In this document: one piece after another, positions 13,710 through 27,454 of the stretch
How the letters are laid out: each line of letters starts with the position of its first letter
Numbering within the stretch: position 1 is the stretch's first letter
DNA from: Lama glama
Taxonomy: Eukaryota
DNA: 64,000 bases
Direction: 5' to 3'
Assembly: GCA_028534125.1 (NCBI GenBank)
Contig: CM052818.1
Span: forward strand, 31,808,001-31,872,000
Translations under genes and position numbers: made by a program
Notes under the pieces: generated by a model
Database searches by the model: none
What the model saw: the letters and a program-made list of their open reading frames with translations, nothing else
Told to the model about the DNA's origin: nothing

Positions 13710-13850
13710 CATTGGTCAAAGTATCTGACTAGCAGCATTAATGCAGGATCTCAGGCCAGCTGTAGACCTGCTGAATCATAATCTGCTTTTTAACAAGAAC
13801 CATGCCCCCCAACCAGGTAATTTGCATGCACAATCAAGTTTAAGAAGCCT
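13710..13850. mobile_element. MER5A-like hAT MITE
   Basis: AGACCTGCTGAATCATAATCTGC..TTTAACAAG..CAGGTAATTTGCATGCACA..AAGTTTAAGAAGC. Confidence 0.6.
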
Positions 13851-16800
13851 TATGTTAAATCACTTTCCTTGTTGTCAAGATGAACAAGAGCATCCCTGGC
13901 CCCTGGTATCCTTTCCTTAGCCTTGCCAAATGTCTTCTCAGTAAATTTCAGTAGAATGAGTGAATAAGTCATGCCAACCTGGGGTTGGAGGAGGAGCTTC
14001 CTTTCTTGGCCTTCACAATTAAAATGATTCCTTCTCCTTTGGACTATCCCCTCCTCCATGCCCTTTGCATCTATCTTTTCTATATCATAGTCAGTTTTGA
14101 ACTTCTCTAATTGTTTTCTTGGACCAAAAAGTCTAAGATCTTATCTCATTAATCTCAGCATCATTCCTACCCCACTGCCTCCCACCACCCAGCTGACTGC
14201 TTTTGCTAGGTTAAATTGAGCTGAATGAAACCTTTTATACCTAGTTCTACCTTTTTTTCCCCATTGCTCTGACTATTCATTTTTTTGTTCCTTTTCTTAA
14301 AATAAAGCAACTCCTACAACTAACAAGGTAGTGTTTTCTTTTTTTTTCAAGCATTGTTTTAAATGGCTGTGGTATTGAATAAATAGGAAAGTGTAGTGCA
14401 GAGACTTCAAGTATTTTTTGACAGCAGGATTCTTTCTACAAACATAGAAACTCAGTGTGTGCTCAGATTTGAGGCAAAGTGCTGTGCTTTAATGAAGTGA
14501 TGGGGGCCTGGACCCTTATCCATGGGCCTCCCCAGCAGTACCCCTTCCAACCCCTATAGTACTTAAGTGCTTTTGACCATAGTCCAATTGCGTGAGGCAA
14601 AAGACTCGATGGCCCACCCATCCCCTCTTTCAGTGATGGATAAGAGTTAGAGAGGATAAAAAAGGATTGGAGAAAGACAAAATTAGCAAACTGTGATAAA
14701 TTTGTTGCTAGTGAGAAATACATATTGCCTACTATTCACATTGTAAAAGATGAAAGTGAGTGTGTACAAGTCTATATATGCTTTAACAGTGCCCTGTGAT
14801 CATAAAACAACCCAGTGATTTTATCACACATTCTTTGACAGAGGCTCAAGTTATTCCAATGGCACAAATACACAGGCAGCACATAACGCATTGTGGCCTT
14901 ATAAAAGCAAATTAGCACAGGGATATAGATGATTAATATTAAACTTTAATTATTGGAAAATTATGGGCCCCAAATGCTGTAAATGCAACCGTATATCACT
15001 ACATACCATAGGGTTAGCCAAATAATTGATAATGCTCTAAATTGGTATGAATGAAGCTAAATGAACAGCAGTTTATCTTTTGAAAAATCAAAATTAGCAG
15101 CTCTTGAAAACTTCACCAGTTCACAGTAGTGTGGTAATCATATTGCTAGTAAGAATCACCTGGAGTGTTATATTCATTGTGAGTGCAACTCACAATAGCA
15201 CTGAAGACCTGGTAATAAGAAGACCAAATACCTCAAGATTGTTGGGAGTACTACTACCTCTAAGCATTGCACTCACAGTTAGCAGGAGCTGGGAAACAGG
15301 GCCAGGCTTTGCAAGGCATCCTCACTTTTTTAGTGGACCCGGAATTAAACTCCTTTGCAAACTCTTAATAATGAGCCATTTTTAATGTATGAATGCCAAC
15401 ATTTAGTAACCTTGATAACTCAGTTTAAGTTGTTACTTAGTAGCCCAGAATCCCACGCCATGATGAAAGTCTATAAAAAGTCTCATTGTTCTCTGAAGGA
15501 AGGGAGACCGCTTGCATTCGCCAGGCTTTGAAGATCACTGCTGTAAAGGAATGTGAGACAGGCTGGAAAACTGCTTTGCTTCCCTCAAAGGAGCTTCCTT
15601 CATTATGTCGTGCTGCTGGAGATAGAAGCTAAACTCACCAGATGGGCTCCCTCAATGGGTCAGGCATACATTCGGGTACCTGCAAACCTGCCTTGATGTG
15701 GTATGACTTGCAGGCAAGTAACTGGTGATGCTACTGGAGGTTCATTAGCAGAATCCCCAGAGGCCCTGGAAGGCATGTCATTGGGACAGTTCCCTAATTT
15801 GCTGAGCTTCTTTACTCTTCTCTTAAAAATTTAAAAGCAGTTCAGCAGTTCTGCCACTTCTCACCACCCTTGACTCTAACCACAGGAGCTGCCTTTGGGT
15901 CTCCTCAGTGTTCGAGGGCCAGTTTCCAAAGTGGCCCTGACTCCATGAATGTAAGCAGTAGACAGCTTGTAGATATGGCTGTTCATCTACAGGGCTTCTT
16001 GTCCTTATCTGTGCCCGTAACTCAGGCGGGCTGCAGGTGAGACCTGCTCAGCTTCAACAGACTTTGGGGGGAAAGAGGAATCAGGAAGAGGGCAGAGCAA
16101 CCAACCCTCTCCTACAAAAATGGGAGCCAGCAGATCAGTGATGGGCAACCAGGTAGTGCAGCAGATGCCTCTTGGCTCCTGTTAGACTTAATACCTGAGG
16201 CAGTTCAGGAGCAGGCCTGGTTCTAAGACGCTGCAGAATTAGAGGCAAGCTTGTTCCATGGATATGAGGATACAGAGCAAGCCTTGGGCACGTGCCCTCT
16301 ATGACTGGAGAGATCTCATTGTCATATAGTTTCTCATACCATCCAAGTAATGGCTGATTTCTCTAAAGAAGGTTCTAGGTTACCTCATCTAGTTCTGAGT
16401 TTAATGGACATGTCTTATCCACTTCCTTCAGAATGTTCATTAGAATCTACCCAGGAGTGATTTGCATGTCTTTGTCTTCCCATAAATGCATGGGAACCCT
16501 TGAAGACTCTAGGTCAAGATAGTTTAGAAATAGTGTTTGTTTCCCCTAGGGTCATTAGAGCACACTTATATAATTCTAGGAACAGCCTGATAATTTAAGT
16601 TGGACTAGAAGATTTGAGAAAGAAGGGTTGGACCTCCTAGGCCCTGGAGAGAATGCCATCAGCTCTTGTAACAGTGATGGAACTATAACTTCTCAAATGT
16701 TGGTGTGCAAAGGAATCAGGAGGTCTTGGGTGAAGGCCAGGATTCTAAAGTTTTAAGCAAGCATCCCAGAATGTTCTTACCTTCTTTGGGAAATACTGCT

Positions 16801-17266
16801 GTGAAGTTTAGTTTATAGCCTGCACAGGGGTGGCATTAACTGATTTGGGGTCAGGATAAGAGAGTGTGTCTGAAATGACTATGAGGTTAGGGCTCAGATA
16901 TGCTCTGTGACTCAGAGACAGGCAGGGACTTTGGGGGCTCAGGGAAGAGATCAGTGGTGTATAAATAGGTTTGAGTTTTAAGATTTTGCAGGCATGATAT
17001 CCTTTCCTTAAATATTCCTTGAACATTAGTCAGGCCTCAGTATTAACTCACTCAGCACTTTAAACTGAAATTTGTGTAGTACCTTCTTTAGGGTAATCCC
17101 CTTTAGAGGAGAACATTAAAAAATATCTTATCCTGGTCCTCAGGCCAAGGTTTACCACCTGATTCTAGACAACAGACTCATTCCTCCAGTTTGAGATGCA
17201 CATAATATACATTGTCTGGCAGGTGCAGGATAGGGGCAACAATGATTGATTGGGTGATCTGAAATT

Positions 17267-17749
17267 ATTTTTTTATTTTTATTTTTTGTTGATGTATAGT
17301 TGATTTATAAGTTTGTGTTACTTTCTGGTGTACAGCATAGTGATTCAGTTATACATACATACATATATCTGTATGTTCTCTTTCATATTCTGTTCCATTA
17401 CAGGTTATATTAAATGTAATTTCTCTGTCCTATACAGTAGGAACTTATTGCTGATGTATTTTATATATAGTAGTTAGTATCTGCTAATCCAAAACTCCTG
17501 ATTTATCCCTCTTACCTTCTTTCCCCTTTGGTAACTATAAGTTTATTTTCTATGTCTGTGAGTCTCTTTCTGTTTTGTAAATAAGTTCATTTGTAGCATT
17601 TTTAAAGATTTCACATATAAGTGATATCATATGATATTTGTCTTTCTCTGATTTACCTAGTGTGATAATCTCTAGGCTATCCATGTTGCTACAAATGACA
17701 TTATTTTATTCTTTTTTATGACTGAGTGGTATTCCATTGTATACATACT
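17267..17749 (-). mobile_element. Cetartiodactyl-type L1 3'UTR fragment
   Basis: Poly(T) followed by TATAGTTGATTTA..TTTCTGGTGTACAGCATAGTGATTCAGTTATACAT; similar to the L1 ends at 39035 and 55215. Confidence 0.85.
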
Positions 17750-18006
17750 CAGGGCTCCTCAGTTGTCTTAGAAAATTCTAGAAAACCCAAGAATACACAA
17801 GCACACATTCCATTAGCTTTTAAAGTGTTGATGTGATCACATGTCATGCAGCCTCTGGAAGACTCCACTGTACACTTGTGATAGAACAAAAGTGAAGCAG
17901 GTGAATAATGCCTTGATATTATGAGAATAGTCTTGACCTTATGGACTCCATGAAAGAGTCTTGAAGACCCCCAGGGGGGTTGTGGACCATATTTTGAGAA
18001 CCACTG
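17750..18006 (-). mobile_element. hAT-Charlie element fragment (MER119-like)
   Basis: Ends GGACCATATTTTGAGAACCACTG (hAT terminus); internal GCCTCTGGAAGACTCCACTGTACACTTGTG. Confidence 0.6.
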
Positions 18007-18289
18007 TTCTATACATATGTGATTGTATATGCAGAGAGGAGTTCTGCATGAATACCCTAGAATGGGTAAAAATTGTTGCCTCTGGAAGAAGACGCTGGGA
18101 AGACCAGGGAACCCTGGTGGGAGAAAAATGTGATTTCACTGCATAACCTTTTGTAATTTTTCAATTCTGTGTGTGTGTTAGTGGTTCCATTTTTTAACAA
18201 AGAAACTTAAAAGAGCTAAAGAAATGAATTGAAGTGAAAACAGATTTATGAGCTATAGAATTAATCAATCTTGGATTAAGATTGATGTA

Positions 18290-18680
18290 TGAGTACTTGT
18301 CACAGCATTATTTATAACAAGCACATTCAAAGATAAAGACTGGTTAAACAACTTATGGTAGGTACATCTATACATTGTAATTCTATACAGCCATTAAAAA
18401 TCACAAATCCCAAGAATGTTCTGTGATGTGGGAAAATGCTTATAATCTAATGTTGTTAAAAAATAGCACAGAATATGACTTTGCATGAACCAAATTGTGG
18501 TAGTTTAAACAATACAGGAAGGAAGTATACCCAAATTTTGAGTCATTATTTTTGGTTGGTGAGACTATGGGTTTTTTAAACTTCCTTTTAATATATGTTT
18601 GAATTTTCCTAATTTCCTATGATTAATATATATCACTTTTATAATCAGAAAGAAAGTGCTATAAAAGAAAGAAAAAAATA
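18290..18680 (+). mobile_element. Old L1 (L1ME/MC) 3' fragment
   Basis: CACAGCATTATTTATAA..CTATACAGCCATTAAAAAT.. motifs. Confidence 0.55.
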
Positions 18681-18934
18681 GGAAGGATTCATTCCCAGGG
18701 CTAAAAGAGGATGTGTAGCTTCTGTTATAGGTGCTGATAGAACAGTGAAGTGTTTTTGAGTGGCATCCTGCCCTTGGTTCCTAGATGAACCTTACTTTGG
18801 TTGATGAACAGACCTTACCTTGGTGGATGTTTGGGCACAGGCAGCACCAGCTGCGGTGAGTCAGCCTGCAATGGCATGACTTGGCTGGGGAAGCAGGTAA
18901 AAGGGGAGACAGTGGAACCTAATAAATTGGAAGG

Positions 18935-19430
18935 GGTGGTATATTTGTTATGCATTACTGACTAACAAATTAGTCCAACCTAAAATAATAATAATAATCA
19001 TCATCTCACAGGTTATGTGAGTCAAGAATTTGATTTAAATAAGTAGTCTGGCTCAGGTCTCTCATGAAGTTACAGTCAAGATATCAGCTGAGCCTGTAGA
19101 CATCTGAAGGCTTGACCGGGGCTGGAAGATCTGTTTTTAGGGCAACTACTTACTCACATGTCTGGCAGGTTAGGGCTAGCTATTGGCAGGAATCCCATGT
19201 TCTTTGTCCTGTGGATCTCTCCATAGGGCTTCTTGAGTATCCCTACAACATGGCAGCTGGCTTCCCCCACAGCAAGTGATCCAAGAAAGCCACAGTGACC
19301 AGACTCAAGTTACACAGTATCATTTCCACATATTCTATTGGTGACGCTGGTCAGCCCTATTCAGTGTGGGAGGGCAATGCACAAGGGTGCACATAATAGG
19401 AGAGGGGTCACCTTTGAGGCTTGTTAACAT
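18935..19430 (-). mobile_element. MaLR LTR (MLT1H/G-like)
   Basis: GGTCTCTCATGAAGTTACAGTCAAGAT..CATCTGAAGGCTTGAC..GGGGCTGGA..CAACATGGCAGCTGGCTTCCCCCA. Confidence 0.75.
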
Positions 19431-20190
19431 TGGTGGACACTTTCTGCTCAAAGTAATGGGTAAGGCTCCAGAGCTTATCAAGGTTGGCTTTGGGATATGA
19501 GACTGGTGGGACATTTGAGGGTCTGTTTTGGCAGAGCGCGAATGACTAGCTTGGCCATACTGAGGCTGCTAAGCCACCAGGGACCATCAGGCAGGATTTG
19601 AAACTTGGAAAGGGGAGGGAGGTACAAAAAAGCCTCTTTATTCCTGAAACTAGATGGCTCTCCCTGTTTATAGGACTGCTGTCATGTGCAGGGGGCCCAA
19701 GTATTGGTCATTGGTATTATAACCTTGCATCCTGCATGCTTTGAATCAGCATGTAGTAACTATTTTCTATAAAACCTTGAAATATCTGCAAAATATGAAC
19801 ATTGCAACATCCAGATTGCCTCATATGTGAAAACCTGCTGTACACAGAGGTCAGATCAGACCACATATCCAGATTTGTGGCTTTGGAAATATGGTCCTTT
19901 TAGATCTAGGTTTCTGCAGTGCTGGCCAAATCCACCTGGGTACTCAGTTCACAGAACAGTAGTGAAAGCAGAGGACTCTGGTGCTAAGTCTTATTGGAGT
20001 AACCCAGGTCATTCCTGGATAGCAGGGTGAGTTGTGCTGGGGTCAAGATACTCTTAGGTGTAGAGAACATGTCTAGGTCAGACCTATGCAAGGAGTCAGT
20101 TCCAGGGAGGACCAGTGAGAGGAAAAGGGCAAGTGTCCGAGCTTATCTTAGTTTGATTTGTCAGGAGCAAAGTCCACCCAAAATTTTCTT

Positions 20191-22024
20191 TTTTTCCCCT
20201 TTTTCAGTTTTATTAGGTACAATTATTACAGTTTGACTGCACATATACATTATATTGCATGTAAATACATATATTCAATATACTGCACATTTTTTAGTTT
20301 ATATTTGTGTACTGATCATTGTTTCTAAGAACAGATTATAGCTTTAGCTTTTTAGTTTATTGAAGGAATAGAGCCAACCACAAATAAGAATCAACAGAAT
20401 GAGGTAATCCAATCATAAAGGACAGTCACATGTGCTTACACATATTCAAGAAATCTATCATCTAACTTATAAGTAAGTAGTTCATTTGTGTCCTTATTTT
20501 TTATTTTTATTTTTAGATTCCACATATAAGTGATATCATACGGCATTTTTCTTTCTCTTTCTCGCCCACTTCACTTAAAATGACTATATTCAGGTCTGTC
20601 CATGTTGCTGCAAATGGCACTATTTTATTCTTTTTTATGGCTGAGTAGTGTTCCATTGTATATATGTACCACATCTTCTTTATCCAGTCATCTCTTGATG
20701 GACATTTGAGTTATTTCATTGAGTTATTGAGTTTTGGCTATTGTAAATAGTGTTGCTATGAACATTGGGGTGCATGCATCTTTTTGAATTTTATTTTTCT
20801 CTGGATATATGCCCAGGAGTGGGATTGCTTGATCATGTGGTAAGTCTGTTTTTAGTTTTTTAAGAAACCTCCATACTGTTCTCCATAGTGGCCGCACCTA
20901 TCTACACTTACACCACTGTTGTGTAGGAGAGTTCCCTTTCACCACACCCTCTCCAGCATCTATTGTTTGTAGACTTTTCAGTGATGGCCATTCTGGCTGG
21001 TATGAGGTGATATCTCATTATAGTTTTGATCTGCATTTCTCTGATAGTTAGCAATGCTGAGCATTTTTTCATGTGCCTTTTGGTCATTTGTAGGTCTTCA
21101 TTGAAAAATTGTTTGTTTAGGTCTACTGCCCATTTTTGGGTTGGGTTGCTTGTTTTTTTGATATTAAGGTGTATAAACTGTATATTTTGGAAATTAGTCC
21201 CTTGTCAGTTGCATCATTTGCAAATATTTTCTCCCATTCTGTAGGTTGTCTTTTTGTTTTGTTGATAGTATCCTTAGCTGTGCAAAAGCTTTTAGATTTA
21301 ATTAGATTCCATTTGTTTGTTTTTGCTTTTATTTCCAATACTCCAGGAGTTGTTTCAAAAAATATATTGCTGTGACTTATCTCTGCAAGTGTTCTACCTA
21401 TGTTTTGTGCCAGGAGTTTTATAGTATCTGGTCTTACATTTAGGTCTTTAATCCATTTTGAGTTTATTTTTGTACATGGTGTTAGAGAATGTTCTAATTT
21501 CAGCCTTTTACAGGTAGTTGTCCAGTTTTCCCAGCACCACTTATTGAAAAGACGATCTTTTCTCCATTGTATATTCTTGCCTCCTTTGTTGTAGATTAAT
21601 TGGCCATAAGTGCATGGGTTTATTTCTGGACTTTCTATCCTATTCCATTGATTTATGTGTCTGTTTTTGTGTCAGTACCATACTGTTTTGATTGCTGTAG
21701 CTTTGTAGTATAGTCTGAAGTCAGGGAGCATGATTCCCCCAGTTCTGTTCTTTTTCAAGATTGTTTTGGCTATTTGGGATCTTTTGTATTTCCATACAAA
21801 TTTTAACATTTTTTTGTTCCAGCTCTGTGAAGAATGTCATTGGTAATTTGATAGGGACTGCATTGAATCTATAAATTGCCTTGGGCAGTATAACCATTTT
21901 AACAATATTGATTCTTCCAATTCAAGAACACAGTATATCTTTCCATTTGTTTGTGTCTTCTTCAGTTTCCTTCATCAGTGTCTTAAAGTTTTCAGCATAC
22001 CTTTTGCCTCCTGGAGTACATCTG
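20191..22024 (-). mobile_element. 5'-truncated L1 (ORF2 C-terminal part and partial 3'UTR, ~20479-22011) fused to a non-L1 3' segment, TSD-flanked
   Basis: ORF2-like peptide [41 protein letters not shown] (21123-21338). TSD AAATTTTCTT at 20181-20190 and 22025-22034. Confidence 0.9.
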
Positions 22025-23559
22025 AAATTTTCTTAAAAAGTGAGGTGTTCATCGCAAGGTCACAGATCTGAAGGAAACCAGTTTTTAGGGAAGTTTTTAC
22101 TTCTAGTGCCCGCTATTAATGACTCACATGTCAGTTCCAGAGTCTCTGCTTTCTAGTTCAAATTTTGGAGAGGGAAGCTGATCGGCTTAACCTAGCCTGG
22201 AGATTGGCCTCTCTAGAGTCAGGTATTCACTTCTGGTCTAATCAACCATGGTCATGGCCCGTGATACAATGTGATAATAAGAAATGCTCTGTTTTGGCTG
22301 TGGACCCAATCAGAAGAAGGGGGAAAGGAGGAAAATGGGCATCTCTAGTTACATCCCTGGGAGAGAAGACTGGGAACTAGGATACACACAGCTGGGCCAG
22401 CGAGAGATTGGCTTGGAGAAGCCAGTCAGTGGAGAGCAGACTTCAGAGGCTCCCTCTCCACTAGGGAGAGGGTCCTGTAAGAACAAGGCTAAGCTCAGCC
22501 CTTAAGAAATTAGGGATAAAGTATGGCTTGGTCACAGGGGCAAGACAAAAATATCAGTAATATGAAATAGAATTCAAAGTGATTAGCTTGAAAGACAATT
22601 GATGCTAAACCGTCTGATCTTAATTTCTCCTAAATAGAACCAAGATTCGTCTCTGCATCTGGGTAGGACTCAGTTAAAGGGGTTCAGTCACCCCTGAGTC
22701 TGGATAAAAAAGAAAGACAGGGATAGAGGGCCAGGCAGGACAATGCAGATGTGAAATGATGGATCAGATAGGGCTGGCCAGTGGGAATTGTATGTTATTT
22801 TGATCATTAAGACAACTGGAGCAGGTCAGTTAGTTGTAATCCATTGCTCAGAGGTTGATTTGCCTAGGATCGATCTGATCCATCACATAGACATGATTAG
22901 GTTCTGAGATACCAAAGCCTTCTCCTTGATGCCACTAAAAGTCACAGGCCAGGTCACTAACATGTTGGCTGAAAGTCAGAAATAACTAAATGGAATGGTT
23001 ACTGTGTGTTGATTTAGAGCCCTTAAAAGGTTTTTCAGGAAGACTACACTGATAATCAAATTACCCAAAATGTTTTACTTCATCTTCCCTGGGAAAAAAG
23101 AATATTTAAAAAAGACAAGAAAATATTAGGATAGCACGAAGTGATAAGACCAACACATGCTCGTTGCAGTAATCGCTCATGCCCATCTTTCCTAATGTAC
23201 TGTGTTTCAGCAGACTCGAGGATTGCTGTGAAATGCATAGTGGTGAACTGTTTGCTTTGATCTCTCTTGTTTCTCCTCTCTTCAGTAAATGTGAGATTGT
23301 TTGTAGTTTGCAGGAGAGAGCTGTCACCATTTGGTGTTTGAGAAGGGCTTTTTCTGTGTCTGTGCAGCCTTTTATTTCACACCTTGTGAGGAATAAGAGT
23401 AGGCTGAGCTCTTTCATGTCCACAAAGACATACGCACAGACTGAGAGGCTGTGTTCTCTCATGTGTCTGGGCTCTCCAGTTGGCTGTGGATCCCAGGAGA
23501 GTTAAAATCATTTTTCCTCTGGGTAATACCAGTCTTCTGGACCCCACCTGGTCTCACTT

Positions 23560-23918
23560 ATCTAACACAGCAGTTCCTTGGGAATCACTGAGGCTGTTTG
23601 CTAGGTATTTCTGACTCTCCACCTTGTGGGCCCCTCTCTTGATAGGATAGGTCCACATGGATATTTACAGCCAGAGTTGTGAGTAGGAATCATGTGGGAT
23701 TTCCAGGCTAGAAGATACAGATTTTTGGTGCAAGATCCTCCAAATTCACAATAGTGGCTGCTTTATTAGCCTGGAACCCTAAATTATTATGATGACCAGA
23801 GCTCTCTGCTTACCTGAAATGAATATTGATTACAAAAAGGATATATTTCATTGTTAGTGAGATTTGTTTTTTTTGTTGTTGTTGTTACAACATAACCTAG
23901 CTATCTTGACCAATACAC
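23560..23918 (+). mobile_element. MaLR LTR (MLT1J-like)
   Basis: Ends TTGTTACAACATAACCTAGCTATCTTGACCAATACA, typical of an MLT1 3' terminus. Confidence 0.55.
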
Positions 23919-25359
23919 TTTATTTATGGGAATCAAATTCTATTATTATTTATTATACAAAACTATTAAAAGTTATTTGTAAAAAGAAAAAAGTCACCCA
24001 TAATTTGTCACCCCATTAAGTCTGTCAATATTTTCCTCCAGTTTTTTCTTTATTTTTGTTTCATATTTGTAATTTTTGCTTAGTTGTAGCATAGGCATGA
24101 ATTCAATTTTGTATGTTTTTAATTTATTTTATCAGAACTTCATGTTGGTATGAAACTTCACTGTTTTATTCATCATATTCATCACATCACGTCACATCTC
24201 TCCCTGGCACCTTATGAAAAGCCAAGCACATAGTTGGTGCTTAATAACGTTTGATTAATAACTCTAGCTACTTTCTCTTTAGCATGATGATTATTAGAAG
24301 GTATGTTATATATGACTAGTCAGCAATTGTAGGCTATAGAGCCAGAGCTCAAGTCTGTCTACTGGCAGGGATGTATGTTTTAAAAAGAAATTTGTTTTTT
24401 TTTTCCTGTCCAATATTAGGTCCATATTCTTTTCATGGTTCCCCTGGAAGTTCATAGTCTCCTTTAAAACCTGTCAGCTCTGGTTCTCAGTCTTGGATAC
24501 AACCTTTTAGCCACTTGGAGAGACTCACACAGAATTCAGAATGGACAGTGTCCTAATGACTGTACCTGGTTCTTCTAGTTTGATATAGAAGCAAAGAGAA
24601 AGCAAGGGTTTTCCCCAAGGTCCATAGAGTGTCTGAGAGGTGAGGTTATGATTAAAATCCAGTTTCCTGAACATAAGTCCACAGTTCATTTGAATGTTTC
24701 TTTTAGGTCGCATGTCCTGCTGTTGGCCCCGGGTAAGCTATTCTGGTTGTGTGTTTCCAAATGTCTTAGCAGTAAGTATATTCTAATGTCTAGCTTCAGC
24801 TTGACTTACTGATTTTTCTCCCACCTTTTTTCTTTCTCCTGCTCCTCCTCTTTTCCTTTTTTCTCTTTCTCTCTCCTACTTTTTGACCAACTGAATGCCT
24901 GACTTAATTAACCCTGTAGGTCTCAGATTTTACAGTTCTGAGGTGTCTTGCCTTAAATCACACTGCCTAGATTTGAAATGATTTTTTTTTAAATTACTGC
25001 TTTTCTTATACAGAATTCAAACCCCTCCTTAACTAAGTTGTCCACTTCTCCATTTCCAGTAACTGGGAATTTCCTGAGGAGGGTCTTAGTGTTTTCTGTG
25101 CCCAACTTGGCCCTTTCCTCTCTTGATACATGGTCTCACCTCCCTCCTCAGCTTAAATGCCTGTCATCAGCAAGGTGACCCAGAGCAGCCCACCTCATGA
25201 ACTATGTCTTCTTGCCTTCCAGTATCACCTGTCTGCTCTCCTGCTACTCCCACCTCTATGTCCCTCTTTTTGAGTTAAGCTTTCAGTTTCTTCCATGTTC
25301 ACCTCTGCCTATCTCAGTCTATTCCACCACACTCTATTTTCTCTCTTGGGAGGTCACCC

Positions 25360-25600
25360 AGGATTTGAGACCATGGACTTCTTAGTCAGATATCCAGGTT
25401 CACATCCTGTAACAAATCTTGTTACATATGTAGTCTATTGTTGGGAAGTTACTCTCTCTTAACTTCCATTTGTGATCTCTAAAATAGAGATACTATTACT
25501 TCCCCTCATAGTGTTAGTGTGAATCTTAAATGAGATAATGCATAAAAAATATTTTGGAACATGCTGGTCCATAGTATGTGCACAAGGCATGTTAGTTGTC
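25360..25600 (+). mobile_element. MIR SINE
   Basis: ATCTCTAAAATAGAGATA..CTCATAGTGTTAGTGTGAATCTTAAATGAGATAATGCAT. Confidence 0.65.
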
Positions 25601-26224
25601 ACTTCTGCTCACAGTTTTAATCTTTCTGTCTTTATTTTCGTCACTTGCTCTTAACTGTTCTTTTCCATCTCCCATCCTCTAGATGGCAATGATATAAGGA
25701 CAGAAGTGTCAAAATTATAGCTGTAGGCATAAGGAAGAGGCCAAATCTGTCTCAGTGGAATTTTTAAATTTTGGAGGAAAAGAATCACTGGCTTGAATTC
25801 CAACTCTGTTATTTACTTGCTATTTGACCTTAGACAGATTATTTTGCCTTTCTGAACCTTAGCAGTTTTGTCTCTGTAATGGAAATAATAATACATATCT
25901 TTCCCCAAAAGGCCACTGGGTGTTGTGATACACACACACACACACACACACACACTCTCTTACATATGCATATGTATAGTGACTGATGAACTCAATATGC
26001 ATTCCTGCCTCTTTTTCTGAATTATCTAACAAAAAGGGAATATTTTTGAGATTTAGTGTGGTATAATCTATGTAGAGAGGCACTTGTCGTTCTTTGAGGA
26101 AAAATTTAGAAAAGCATGAAAGTTAATGGAGACCTCTGTGATCACTAGGTGCAAAGGCAATGATCCCCTTGATTATTTGGGAGAATGTTAAACCCTGGTG
26201 GCTCATCTGACGTTTCAAGTCTCT

Positions 26225-26242
26225 GCAGCCCCCTAGTGGCCA
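26225..26242 (-). promoter_or_regulatory. Candidate CTCF site
   Basis: Minus strand reads TGGCCACTAGGGGGCTGC, matching the CTCF core CCASYAGRKGGC. Confidence 0.6.
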
Positions 26243-26839
26243 TTGATTGTAGCTGATTCTTAGTTACTGACTAATTCCTGGAGTCAGTTTGACTTTGGAC
26301 AAGAATTATACAGAGAAATAAAGACTAGAGTGGGGAGAGAAAGGGTCTGTGTTTTAGTCTTTCAAACATTTCAAATAGAAAACTGTTCTCTCACCAATGT
26401 GCATGCCAGTGAAATCTGATGCAAATCCAAACATACTTGCTCACATACTAGGAAAGTATTAATCTCCATGACCTTTTCTTCATCTTCCTTTTTCTTCCTC
26501 CTTCCCTTCCTCCATCAAGGTAGAAAGAAACATCACTTCTTCTCTGAATCAGGTCATTCTTTGCTGCTTAGTGAGGGAGATTCATCTCCACTCTGTGCAT
26601 CAAAGATTGTAGTTTTGTGTATGGTTCTAGTGAACCACTTGTTATAAACACAGCCATTATCCAAGTTCTGTGATAACAACTCAGGAGAGATGAAGGGAGA
26701 GAAGGGAGATACAGCCCTAACTTCACAGATAAATAAAAAAAGGCCTGCAGTTCTGAATTCTCTAAGAAGAGTGCCTGATCATTATTCCTTCCAGCTAAGT
26801 CACTCCTAGACCTTATTGGCATGTTACTCATGGAGGGGT

Positions 26840-27000
26840 ATAGCAGAACAATGGTTAAGAGCACATGAATACGAGCTTGGGAGGCACGTAGGACCATGTG
26901 ACCCTAGGAAAATAAATTAATTCTCTGCAACGCAGTTTCCTTATCTCTAAAACTAGAATTTAAAATACTTACCTTTCAGAGAATAAAAGAGGTGACACAA
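26840..27000 (+). mobile_element. MIR SINE
   Basis: ATGGTTAAGAGCAC..TGTGACCCTAGG..CAGTTTCCTTATCTCTAAAA. Confidence 0.6.
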
Positions 27001-27454
27001 AATCAAGGACTATTCTGAGAAAACGCAGGGTGACTGAGGTCTGAAATTTATTTGTTGTAGCTGAGTCAGAACTCTGCGAGATGGCTGGCCGCGTCCCACC
27101 ACCGCTAACCGCTTTGTACCCCCACCACCAACTTTTCCTGTGTGGATTGCGGTATCCCTAGGTTCCCAGGAATGCGTTCAATTAAATGGAAGGGTCAGAG
27201 AAGATTCTGTGTCAGGGCCCTAATCCAAGCTGAGATTTGGCAATGTCGTGCTGTGCTGCCCTTCCTCTTCCAGTTTTATTGCTGAACTGCTTTTCTGAAG
27301 TCGGACCCGTTTAATCTCTTAAATGCAAAATCAGGGTGCTTGATTGCAAAGACCTCTTGCAGGCCTCTCATTTATCCAAAACACTCCGCTGTTAACACAG
27401 CAGCGAAATAGGGCAGAGAATCCTGGAGGAGGAGAAGAAGGTAGAGGGAAAAGA

